64,000 bases of DNA from Candidatus Latescibacterota bacterium (GTDB lineage Bacteria > Latescibacterota > UBA2968 > UBA8231). The position numbers and the translations under genes are program-made. The DNA is taken from positions 3,296,001 to 3,360,000 of the forward strand of contig OZ241362.1 in the NCBI GenBank assembly GCA_965200315.1, written 5' to 3'. The notes beneath the pieces are model-generated. The model ran no database searches, had not been told where the DNA came from, and saw only the letters and a program-made list of their open reading frames with translations. Shown here piece after piece: positions 9,744 to 18,392 of this stretch (position 1 is the stretch's first letter; the number at the start of each line of letters is the position of its first letter).

Positions 9744-10733
9744 TCAGATAAATCTAGTCGTGATTTGCCCCACGAGCGCCTCGCCCCGTGCGTAGCGGTC
9801 GAGGTTGTCTGCGGCCAGACGCGCCCGCTTGCGCGAGGTGCCGTCGGTCGAACCAGCGGTGTGGGGCATGGCAAACACATTGGGCAATTGGAAAACCGGG
9901 GCCGTAGCGTCGGGTGGTTCTTGAGCGAAAACATCGAGTCCGGCCCCGCTCAAACGACCGTCCAAAAGCGCTCGGTACAGGGCGTCCTCATCGACCAGCG
10001 CCCCTCGGGCCACGTTGATGAGGCAAGCGGTTTCCTTCATCAGGCCGATGCGCCGTGCGTCGATGGTGTGCCGGGTTTCCGGCGTCAGGTGCAGATGCAG
10101 CGACAGGTAATCGCTTTCGGCCACCACGCGGTCGACGTCTTCGGGGCCGCCGAGGAGTTCAGGCTCGATTTCGGCGAGGATTTCCTCTTCAATAGGGCGG
10201 ATGTCGATGGCCAAGATCCGCAGGCCAAAGGGCTTGGCCCGGCGCGCCAAGTCTTGGGCACTCGCGCCAAAACCGATCAGGCCGAGCGTCAGGCCCTCCA
10301 GTTCGATGCCCGTAGGCACGTACATCTTGCCAGCGTCAAAGTTCCGCCGCGCCTCTCCGTAGCGGTGGGCGTGCATGAGGATGAACATCATCGCACTCTG
10401 AGCCAACGCCACGCTGCTGAGCTGCCCGGGGCAATGGGCGAGCAGTAGCCCGGCGTTGAGAATCCCCTCGACATCGACGTGGTCGAGGCCGGTGGTCTGG
10501 ACTTGGAGGAATTGGACGCCAGCGTCGGCCGCAGCAGCCAGCAGGTCCGAGCTGATGTTGCCCCCTAAATCGACGATGGCTTCAATGCCCGCCATTTGAG
10601 GTGCGGCAGGCCGGGTGCGGTCGAAGATGCGGAGATTGTGGCGGGCACGTACGGCCTCGATCACGTCGGTTGTCCAAGGCGAGGCGATCGCAGCAACCGG
10701 GTGGGGCAGAAAAAGAACCGCAAGTCGGCGCAT
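9744..10733 (-). CDS. D-isomer-specific 2-hydroxyacid dehydrogenase
   Basis: GLIGFG, LINVARGALVDE, GAGLDVF..EP, MPHTAG. Confidence 0.92.
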   Translation of the reverse strand: MRRLAVLFLPHPVAAIASPWTTDVIEAVRARHNLRIFDRTRPAAPQMAGIEAIVDLGGNISSDLLAAAADAGVQFLQVQTTGLDHVDVEGILNAGLLLAHCPGQLSSVALAQSAMMFILMHAHRYGEARRNFDAGKMYVPTGIELEGLTLGLIGFGASAQDLARRAKPFGLRILAIDIRPIEEEILAEIEPELLGGPEDVDRVVAESDYLSLHLHLTPETRHTIDARRIGLMKETACLINVARGALVDEDALYRALLDGRLSGAGLDVFAQEPPDATAPVFQLPNVFAMPHTAGSTDGTSRKRARLAADNLDRYARGEALVGQITTRFI

Positions 10734-10734
10734 A

Positions 10735-11512
10735 CTAGTACCCCAAGTCGGCGCGGACGCGTGCCATCTGTTGGCAACCAGCCGCGAGGAACGGCTCGTC
10801 GCCGCCAGCGAGAATCAGCGAGAAGCCGTCGTCTATGGCGCGTTGGATTGACTGCGGGTCGCTAGCCGGGCGATAGACCCCGATGCCAGCGGGCTTGCCA
10901 GCGCGGCGGGCGGCATCGGCTAGCTGGGCTTGGGCATCCTGGAAGACGGACCCCTCGTAGTCAAAGGGCACCCCCAGCGAGATGGACAGATCGACCGGGC
11001 CGATGACGAACGTATCGACGCCCTCGACAGCGAGGATTTCGTCGATATTGGCGACCGCCTCGGCTGTTTCAATCAGCGCGATGAACAGCACTAAGTCGTT
11101 TATCTCCGCGAAGTACTCGTCAGTGCGCAACCCGTACTGGGCCGCCCGATGCGGCCCGAAACCGCGAATGCCAACCGGCGGATAGCGGCAGGCGCGAGCG
11201 CCTTCTGCGGCTTGGGCGGCAGTGTTGACGAACGGGGCGAGGATGCCCAGCGCACCCATGTCGAGGTAGAGGCGAATCTGCTCCTCGTCGATGCGCGGCA
11301 GGCGGACGATGGGCGTGGCCGGGGTATTGCCGATGGCCTGCAATTGCGCTTGGATGCCAGTGGGGGTTTGCGGGGCGTGTTCCGAGTCGATGACGAGAAA
11401 GTCAAAGCCCGAGTGGCCGCAGAGTTCGGCAATGGCCGGAGAGCCAAAGCGGAGTTGGGGTACCAAAAGCGGGCTTGCCCGCGGCGAATTGGTCTTTGAT
11501 GCGATTGTGCAT
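10735..11512 (-). pseudogene. HpcH/HpaI aldolase family gene with a +1 frameshift near the 5' end
   Basis: Body: GFDFLVIDSEH, YPPVGIRG, LIETAEAVANIDEI, IGPVDL. The likely true start ATG 11512 (MHNRIKDQFAAGKPAFGT, AGGAGG RBS) is out of frame by one extra base in GGGG at 11457-11460. Confidence 0.75.
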
Positions 11513-11524
11513 GTAGCCTCCTAA

Positions 11525-11603
11525 CAGACGTTACGGTGCGCCAAGTGCGGTTTTCTCTTGTCATGCTGAGCGCAAGCGAAGCATCCCATACCTGTAGCAT
11601 CAA
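11525..11603. repeat. Degenerate short relative of the MITE/REP element at 35217-35456
   Basis: CAGACGTTACG...GTCATGCTGAGCGCAAGCGAAGCATCCCATACCTGT matches the reverse complement of 35229-35287 and the CTGAYGTTACG TIR. Confidence 0.5.
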
Positions 11604-11606
11604 TTC

Positions 11607-13502
11607 CTAATTCCACGGCAGAGCATACGAAGGCTTATTGACGAAACGCTCCATCCCCAAGTCGAGCCGAATGGCCGCGCCAGCTTGGAGACAGACTGTG
11701 AAGTGTCGGCCCTGTACGGCGACCGTTCTGTCCTCTAGCTGCCCCTGAACAGTCTGCTGATATTGGGTGGCATGCGAGTGTCCCGCGCCGGCTTCTTCAG
11801 CCGAGATGGGCCGGCGCTGCTGATAGGCAACGCGGGTGAAGCTGTGCTCGCCAAAAGCGCCGGCCTGTAGCAAGCCCTCGCGCTCTTGTGTCGGGTGCAG
11901 GTTGACCAAGTGCAGGACGGCCCGCTCGTCTGCGAGCGATTCCACCAAGGCGGCCACGTCTGGCGGCAAGCCCGGCCGGCCGCGTTGCGGGTCAAAGTAG
12001 CGCAGGCGCGCCATGAGCAGGCCGCCGTTGTACATGAAGAGCGGGGCACCCATCGTCAGTTGCACCAAGCCCTCGACCGTGATGGGGTTGCGCACCTGCA
12101 AATACGCATCGCTGTAGGTGGCAGGGTCTTGCTGGTCGTCGCGCATAAAGGCCAAGCGCTGATATACTTGCGCGTGGTTGTGCCGCAGGATGTCCACCGG
12201 GTACTGCGGGTATTCGCCTTCGAGATACGCGGTCCAAGCGGCTTCGTGGCCGCCGCCGTGCTTGGAAGAGTGCGAGCGTACCTGCCGCCAATTGTCGCTG
12301 TCGTGGTTGCGCTGCTGTTGGAGCCGCGCCAAGTCCTCTCGCTGCATGCTCATGCACCAGAGGTGGGTCGTGGGATGGGCCTGCATTGGGCTGTACCCGT
12401 CCCAGCCTTTGTCGTGGTAGAAGTGCGGCGCGTACAGCGTTTGTCCCCGCATTTCCCCCTGCTGCATCAGCACGTCGATTTGCGAGCGCGGCAAGTCCAT
12501 GTAGCGCAAGTCGCCGGAGAGCAAAACCGCGTTTTCCGCGGCCGCAATGCAGGCGTCGCTCAGGTGGTGCCAACCGTGCGGCCACGTCCAGCCGTAGTAC
12601 CCGCCGTACCACTTGCCGTCCATGTATTCGCCGATCTGACCCGAAAGGCCGATGTTGTCGGGCAGGATGCCGTTGTTTTGCCGGGTGCGCTCGATCCACG
12701 CGTTGGTGTATTCCTCGACCCAAGCTCGGTACTTGTCGTCGCCGCTGCACAGGTAGGCGTTGGTCACCATGCTGGTAGCGGCGAGGTTGCAGGCCACATC
12801 GCCGCGGCTCATGCGCTCGACGAGGGTTTGGCCCATCTTCGCTTCCATGCCCGGCTTTTGCAAATCCTCAACCGTCTCAATGCCGGGAATGTCGTGAAAA
12901 GGCAAGGGCCAGGGTTTCCACTGGGCGTAGCGATAGACCGTGTAGTGCTTTTCAAAGTTGCGGTGCGCCGGTCCCATACTCCCATTGTGGGCGCAGCGGA
13001 TGAGCTTGTTCTCCGCGTCGTAATTGGGGGCCTCGGGGTCTTCGTTGAGATAGAAGCCCGCATAGCGCTTGGCGCGCTCGACGTTCTTTTCGGTGGGATC
13101 AGCAAGACATAGCAAATAGAAAAACAAGTACCCCTCGCCTTGGTGCATCCAGTCGTAGCCTTGCTCGTATTCTTTGACGATCATGGGGTGGCCGTGGCCG
13201 CTGTCGTAGCGAGCGAACTGTCGGGTGATGCCTTCCCAAGTGCGATGGGAATATTCGAGCAGATGATCGCCGCCGCCCAGCAAGTAAAAGAGCGGCCAGT
13301 TGTGGAAGCTCTCGTACGCGTCGTCGAGGCCGTCGATGCTGCTGAAGTCCTCTGTGGGCGGCCACAGCACCGAGCCGTCCGGGCGCACATAGCGCTCCAT
13401 GAGCGGATGGACGGACGCGTCCATCAGGTCGATTAGGCTGCGCTCGAGAACGGCCCATTCGGGCGGCTCGACAAACGGTATATTCGCTTCGACTCTTATC
13501 AC
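11607..13502 (-). CDS. Conserved hypothetical protein (~630 aa, aromatic-rich, possibly alpha/alpha-toroid enzyme)
   Basis: Long ORF; GAGGAGG RBS before GTG 13502; no recognised catalytic motif. Confidence 0.8.
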   Translation of the reverse strand: MIRVEANIPFVEPPEWAVLERSLIDLMDASVHPLMERYVRPDGSVLWPPTEDFSSIDGLDDAYESFHNWPLFYLLGGGDHLLEYSHRTWEGITRQFARYDSGHGHPMIVKEYEQGYDWMHQGEGYLFFYLLCLADPTEKNVERAKRYAGFYLNEDPEAPNYDAENKLIRCAHNGSMGPAHRNFEKHYTVYRYAQWKPWPLPFHDIPGIETVEDLQKPGMEAKMGQTLVERMSRGDVACNLAATSMVTNAYLCSGDDKYRAWVEEYTNAWIERTRQNNGILPDNIGLSGQIGEYMDGKWYGGYYGWTWPHGWHHLSDACIAAAENAVLLSGDLRYMDLPRSQIDVLMQQGEMRGQTLYAPHFYHDKGWDGYSPMQAHPTTHLWCMSMQREDLARLQQQRNHDSDNWRQVRSHSSKHGGGHEAAWTAYLEGEYPQYPVDILRHNHAQVYQRLAFMRDDQQDPATYSDAYLQVRNPITVEGLVQLTMGAPLFMYNGGLLMARLRYFDPQRGRPGLPPDVAALVESLADERAVLHLVNLHPTQEREGLLQAGAFGEHSFTRVAYQQRRPISAEEAGAGHSHATQYQQTVQGQLEDRTVAVQGRHFTVCLQAGAAIRLDLGMERFVNKPSYALPWN

Positions 13503-13645
13503 TTTAGCCTCCTCATCTGTTGTACAAGCTGAGTACCTACCCCCTAGCTCCCCTTCCGCATTGGACAGGGGATAGGTACTTCGCTCAACCACGCCGGCTG
13601 TATCGGCACGGATGACCGCATTGGATTCCCCGTCACCTCGCCTGC

Positions 13646-15193
13646 TCAGGCGCGTTCCACGTCAAACGCCGCGACATTGCGCTCATCCTTGCTGAACTCG
13701 ACGCCAATCAGGTGAATCGGCTGCCCCAAGCCGCGATACTTATCCGCATAGCACCGTTCCTTTAGCTGCGCCAGCGCCGCACCCGCTGACGCCATCTCGA
13801 CCACCTTAAACTCGAACAGATAGACGTTGCCGTTGAACAAAACCGCCATGTCCAAACGACCGTGGCTGCTGCTGTCCTCGACCCGAATGTCCAGCCCCAA
13901 CGCCGCGAAATACGAATAGAATACGCTGGCGTAGTAGCCCTCGTACCGGGCGATGTCGTTGTTGGTGTACCACTCGTAGGGAATGCTGGCAAAGAAAGCG
14001 TGGAACAGCGTCGCCAGCCCAGCGAAGTCGTTGGCTTCCAACAGCCGGTAGAGCCGGATGCTGTTGGCCATCTGCCGCGTCGCATCCCGCACCAAGTAGC
14101 GCAGCAAGCTCTCGTTGAGGCTTTGGCGCACCTCCCGGTTGGGATAGCCCAACTGATAGAGCCGCTTGCCGCCCAAGTCCTCTTCGTCGGAGATGGTCAG
14201 GTAGCCCGTCTGGAACAGCAGGGCCTCGGTGGCGATGTGATCGACGTCAAAGGTCGAGAGCAACTCGTCGCTGCCGATCATTGCACTGAGTTCCAAGGAA
14301 CTGACGTGGCGCTTGCAAAGCGTTTCGATCAAGAACGTGGGTGTACCGGTCTCAAACCAATGCGCTTTGAACTCGCGACTGTCGAACAGCAGCAGGATGT
14401 CGAAAGGGTTGTACACCTTCTCGTCGCCCCGCCAACGGTAGCCGTTGTACCAATCTCGGATCTGACCCCGATCCAAGCCGGGCAACTCCGGTGCGAACAC
14501 CGCGTCCAAGTCCGCCTCGGTGTAGCCGCACAGGGCCGAATAGCGCGGGTCCAAGGTGATGTCCTTGAGGTTGTTGAGGCCGGAAAATAGGCTGACCTTG
14601 GAGAATTTGCTCACGCCGGTGATAAACGTGAAGCGGATGTGCGCGTCGCAGTCCTTGATGACCGCATACAGGCCGCGCAGAAAGTCGCGGTTGGCGCGGG
14701 CGATGTCCGGCACCTCTAGGGCATCTAAAATCGGCTTGTCGTATTCGTCGATCAGCACGGCGACCGGATGCCCGGCGCGGTCATGCAGCGCCTCCAGCAG
14801 AGCGGCAAAACGCCCGGGGGCCGTGGCGTACTCAGAGACAACCTCTGACCGGCGTTCGGCCGCGGCGAGTTGCTCCATGAACGTGACTTCTACGTGGCCG
14901 GGTTCTTTGAAGTTGCCGCTGCCAAAGCTGAGCCGCAGCGCCGGATGGCGCACCGACCAATCCCAACAGTCGTGAATATCCAGCCCGGCAAACAGCGGCT
15001 CGTTGCCCTCGAACAGTTCCTTGAGCGTATCCAAGAACAGGCTCTTGCCGAAGCGCCGAGGACGCGACAGGAAGTAATGAGTACCTTCGTCGAGCAGCCG
15101 CCGGATGTAAGCGGTCTTATCGACATAGTAGCAGTCCTCTTGTCGAATTTTGCGGAAGGTCTGAATGCCGATAGGTAGTCTGCGTTTGCTCAT
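13646..15193 (-). CDS. AAA-ATPase-like protein with C-terminal PD-(D/E)xK nuclease domain
   Basis: LPIGIQTF, YYVDKT, Walker A RPRRFGKS, LIDEYDKP, GRLD...LFEFK, AxxQ...Y. Confidence 0.92.
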   Translation of the reverse strand: MSKRRLPIGIQTFRKIRQEDCYYVDKTAYIRRLLDEGTHYFLSRPRRFGKSLFLDTLKELFEGNEPLFAGLDIHDCWDWSVRHPALRLSFGSGNFKEPGHVEVTFMEQLAAAERRSEVVSEYATAPGRFAALLEALHDRAGHPVAVLIDEYDKPILDALEVPDIARANRDFLRGLYAVIKDCDAHIRFTFITGVSKFSKVSLFSGLNNLKDITLDPRYSALCGYTEADLDAVFAPELPGLDRGQIRDWYNGYRWRGDEKVYNPFDILLLFDSREFKAHWFETGTPTFLIETLCKRHVSSLELSAMIGSDELLSTFDVDHIATEALLFQTGYLTISDEEDLGGKRLYQLGYPNREVRQSLNESLLRYLVRDATRQMANSIRLYRLLEANDFAGLATLFHAFFASIPYEWYTNNDIARYEGYYASVFYSYFAALGLDIRVEDSSSHGRLDMAVLFNGNVYLFEFKVVEMASAGAALAQLKERCYADKYRGLGQPIHLIGVEFSKDERNVAAFDVERA

Positions 15194-15221
15194 GGGCGCA
15201 CCTCCTTCATCTTGCTCCTCG

Positions 15222-15981
15222 CTATTGAGCTGTGGTGTCTGATAGTGCTGATGGTTTTGATGAAACATCTTCTTTGACGGCTTTTTCCTGCGGCCCTTCT
15301 CCGCTCGCCTGCCCTGAGTCTGGTTGCGCTGGAAGGGGCATCAGAGCGGGGTCGGCCTTGGGGCCGGGGGATTGTTCAGGCTCTGCCGTTCCCGCGCTAC
15401 GGCCCTCTTCTCCACTCGCTTGGCCTGAGTCCGGTTGCGCTGGCGAGGGGCCGTCCTCGGGGGCGGACGGCTGACGGCGGCGATTGGAGATCCGCTTGCT
15501 CAGCCGATCCCTGCTGCGGTTCTGGGGCGGCTTCAACCGCCACATCTTCAGCCTGCATACCCGACAGGCGGCGCAACTTCCCCTTGCGGAATAACCACAA
15601 CGGCGAATCGCCCACACTGATCCACTCGCGCCCGTCCGGCGAAATGACCGCCGCGACCACGGTCGAACCCATGCCCGATAAGCCGGGGTTTTCGGCTATG
15701 GCCGCGGCTAGGGCTTGATTGGCCGCATCCAGACAGGTGCGCAGACGATCCGGTACCGCCCCCTCGGTGTCGGAATAGCGCTTGGCGAAGGTTTGGACGA
15801 TGGTCCAGCTAGCCGTGTCGCCGCTGACGTGCCCACCCATCCCATCGGCCAGCAACAGCACTTCGCTGCGGTCTTCATCGTGCAGATCAATCAGGCCGTA
15901 ATCGTCTTCCTGATAAGGCCGCGCACCTTGAATTTGCCGGGCGGCGACGCGGCCATCCAATTGTTCGTCCAATAGGTTCAT
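15222..15981 (-). pseudogene. Truncated PP2C-family Ser/Thr phosphatase joined to a Pro/Ser/Glu-rich repeat tail
   Basis: RPYQEDD, LLADGMGGH, MGSTVVA, SVGDSPL; the C-terminal DG/DN motifs are absent and the tail lies in another frame. Confidence 0.75.
15299..15451. repeat. Two imperfect ~40-bp direct repeats encoding PAQPDSGQASGE
   Basis: CCGCTCGCCTGCCCTGAGTCTGGTTGCGCTGG vs CCACTCGCTTGGCCTGAGTCCGGTTGCGCTGG. Confidence 0.7.
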
Positions 15982-16029
15982 GGCCTACCTCTTTCTGTGT
16001 GCTGTGCGTAAGAATTACCGTGCATCCTC

Positions 16030-16208
16030 TAAAAGAGGAGCATTCGTCAGCACATGCCCCTCTTCATGGACAACAAAGCCGCTGCCTGCCGCGCTAACCT
16101 TGTCATTTTTGTAGCACGCACCCGCACGATGCTTTCAGATGCTACATCGCCATCGATTCCCGCAAAGACAGGACGGAAGCAAAGGAACAAAGACGCCGTA
16201 AAATTCAT
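16030..16208 (-). pseudogene. Trypsin-like (S1) serine protease N-terminal fragment
   Basis: Hand translation: ...ESIVRVRA / KNDKVSAAGSGFVVHEEGHVLTNA, breaking just before the catalytic His; internal indel. Confidence 0.6.
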
Positions 16209-16249
16209 GTAAAAACGAAAACCTCACCTGCTGGTCTCCTCTGAAAATA

Positions 16250-16410
16250 CCTCGACCATCTCAGAAACACCACTATCCGCCGCATCGTGCAGCGGCGTTA
16301 TGCCAGCGTTGTCTTTGGCATTGACATCGGCTCCCTGCTTAAGCAACAACGCCGCCGTGGCACAAGCATCCTTAAACGCCGCCCGGCGCAGCGGTGTCCT
16401 ACCATAGTCG
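16250..16410 (-). pseudogene. Ankyrin-repeat fragment
   Basis: DYGRTPLRRAAFKDACATAALLLKQGADVNAKDNAGITPLHDAADSG. Confidence 0.7.
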
Positions 16411-16439
16411 GGCGAGTCTGATTCTCGCTCTTCTTGGAT

Positions 16440-16620
16440 ATGCAGAAAAAAACCAACAGAGCCGATTGCACCAAGGCCAGCAAGGTGGTGTAAAAGGCGA
16501 CCCCTAGCCGCCCGGTGATCGCCGCCAACAGCGTGGGAGCTTAAGGATTTTCAATGCGCGCGGCGTAGTCCAGCGCAAAGGCGATCCCTACGACGGTGCC
16601 AAGAAAGCCCAAGGATACCG
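16440..16620 (-). pseudogene. MotA/TolQ/ExbB proton-channel family fragment
   Basis: LGFLGTVVGI...(in-frame TAA)...GVAFYTTLLALVQSALLVF. Confidence 0.65.
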
Positions 16621-16709
16621 CCCTGCGGCCCCAGCAACAAATCCATCTGCGTACTCGGTATGTACACTAAGGGAAAGGTTGGGACTGATCAGTGCCCTGA
16701 CCGCGCTTC

Positions 16710-18392
16710 TTATAGGTTGCGGACGAGGGCCTCTACCGGCGTACGGAGGACCTCAATTTGCGCCGCGTACTCGTGGCGCAATTGGATGATGAACTGCCCA
16801 AAGAGCCGCTCCTGCTTCTGGCGGCGCACCAACGCCCGAGCGCGGCGCTCGGCCTGCGCGAAGGGCCTCGGTGCGGCGTCGACCGTCGAAGCAAGCAAGC
16901 GGAAAATGGCGTAGTACGGGCCGCTGATCGGCTCGGAGCTTAGCACCTCAGCGGCGGCGACCTCCAAAGCGACCGGACCAATGAGTGCGCCGATTTTTTG
17001 CCCTTGGGCCGCCTCAAAGAGCGGGACGAACTGTTGCTTCTCCCAAGGATGCAGGTGGAACTCTCCTTGGTTGGCTCTGCCGCGCTGGCGCAGGGTGTGC
17101 TCGGCGGCCAGCGCACCCAAGTCGCCGCCGCGCTCCACTTCCTCGCGCAGCGCGAGCGCCTCCTCCTCGGTGCGGAGCAAAACTTCCTGCACGCCAATCG
17201 ATTCGAGGGGGCGGAAAAGGTTGGGGTGGTGGTCGTAGAACGCACGGGCTTCTTCGCGGCTGGCAAAGACGCCATCGACCACGTCCCGGCGCATGGCCAC
17301 CAGCAGGTTTGACAGCCACCGCTTTTGGAACCAAGCGACCACTTCTTCTTCGCGGTCAACGCCTGCTGTATAAGCACCGGCCAAGAGCAGCGCACGCGGC
17401 TCGACGATGTCTTGGACGAACCAGTCGAACCGCTCAGGCGCGTCCGCTGGAAAGCCGACGCCTAGCTCGCGGGCGAAATCGAGCAGATCGCCGATGGTAA
17501 ATGTGCCGCTCTCGTGCTCGTAGATCGGCTGCTCGTGCTCCTCGGTAGAAAACGCCTTGGCGCCCTGCCCGATGCGACCGCGCACGCGCTCCAAGGCTTG
17601 GGCGCGAACCACAAAGTCGAGTTCCTGCCGCAAGCGGGCCGACAGCGCCTGCACGGCCGGCGGCAGCTTCTCCTTGAGCAGCTCGGCCTCGATGACCGAC
17701 TGCACGACCGAGAGCTTGACCGGCACTTCGGCTGTTACCTCGTACACGCCGAACTGGTCGTTGAAGAGCACTGGCTCCGAAAATTGGCCCGGTGCCAGCG
17801 GAAAGACCTTCTCCTGCAAGAGGCGTGGGTACAGCTCGTCCTTGAGCAGGTAGCGGCCCTCCTCTAGCTGGGTCGCGGCGAGCAGGGTGCGGTTGGCATA
17901 GACGGCGAAATCGGCGCCGCCCTCCAAGGCCGCCTTGATTGCTCTCGCCTCTGGCATTGTGGCAACGACGATGCGCCGCACCTGTACGGCGCGGTCACGG
18001 CCCGTCTTTTGTTGGTGGGCCAGCATTTCCTCTTGCGTGTGGACGATCTTGTCGTACACCGCTAGCTGCAAAAAGCGGCGCAAAACGCGGTCGCTATACA
18101 GCTTGTCCATCTTACGGCGGAAATCGGCGCGCTGGTCGAGGCCCCGTTTCTTGGCCTCTAGGACCATGAGCTCTTTGTCGATCATGGTCTGCAAGTAGTC
18201 GAAATAGGCGTCAGCACCCGTCTTTTTGCTCCGCAGATCGGGGTGTAGCCTTTCTTCAAATTCCAGCAATTGGGGGACGTCGATTTCCACCTCGCCGACT
18301 CGGGCCACTACCAAGTCCTCGGTGGGAGGGGTGCCGCAGCTCCAGCAAACGAGGAGCCACAGCCAATATACCGCGTGCTTTGCTCTAATCAC
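16710..18392 (-). CDS. SurA/PrsA-like peptidyl-prolyl isomerase lipoprotein with two PpiC-type domains
   Basis: Lipobox-like LVCWSC; YLQTMIDKELMVLEAKKRGLD; two parvulin-like units (VRRIVV...GADFA...GQFSEPV; VQEVLL...GDLGALAAEHT...IGPV); GTG 18392 overlaps the upstream stop. Confidence 0.8.
   Translation of the reverse strand: MIRAKHAVYWLWLLVCWSCGTPPTEDLVVARVGEVEIDVPQLLEFEERLHPDLRSKKTGADAYFDYLQTMIDKELMVLEAKKRGLDQRADFRRKMDKLYSDRVLRRFLQLAVYDKIVHTQEEMLAHQQKTGRDRAVQVRRIVVATMPEARAIKAALEGGADFAVYANRTLLAATQLEEGRYLLKDELYPRLLQEKVFPLAPGQFSEPVLFNDQFGVYEVTAEVPVKLSVVQSVIEAELLKEKLPPAVQALSARLRQELDFVVRAQALERVRGRIGQGAKAFSTEEHEQPIYEHESGTFTIGDLLDFARELGVGFPADAPERFDWFVQDIVEPRALLLAGAYTAGVDREEEVVAWFQKRWLSNLLVAMRRDVVDGVFASREEARAFYDHHPNLFRPLESIGVQEVLLRTEEEALALREEVERGGDLGALAAEHTLRQRGRANQGEFHLHPWEKQQFVPLFEAAQGQKIGALIGPVALEVAAAEVLSSEPISGPYYAIFRLLASTVDAAPRPFAQAERRARALVRRQKQERLFGQFIIQLRHEYAAQIEVLRTPVEALVRNL

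Noticed and set aside
11886-13112. 408-aa plus-strand ORF
   Set aside because: Antisense shadow of the 11607-13502 gene; no motifs.
13532-13580. AGTACCTA...TAGGTACT inverted repeat as a mobile element
   Set aside because: Single short imperfect hairpin with no second copy or target duplication in the window.
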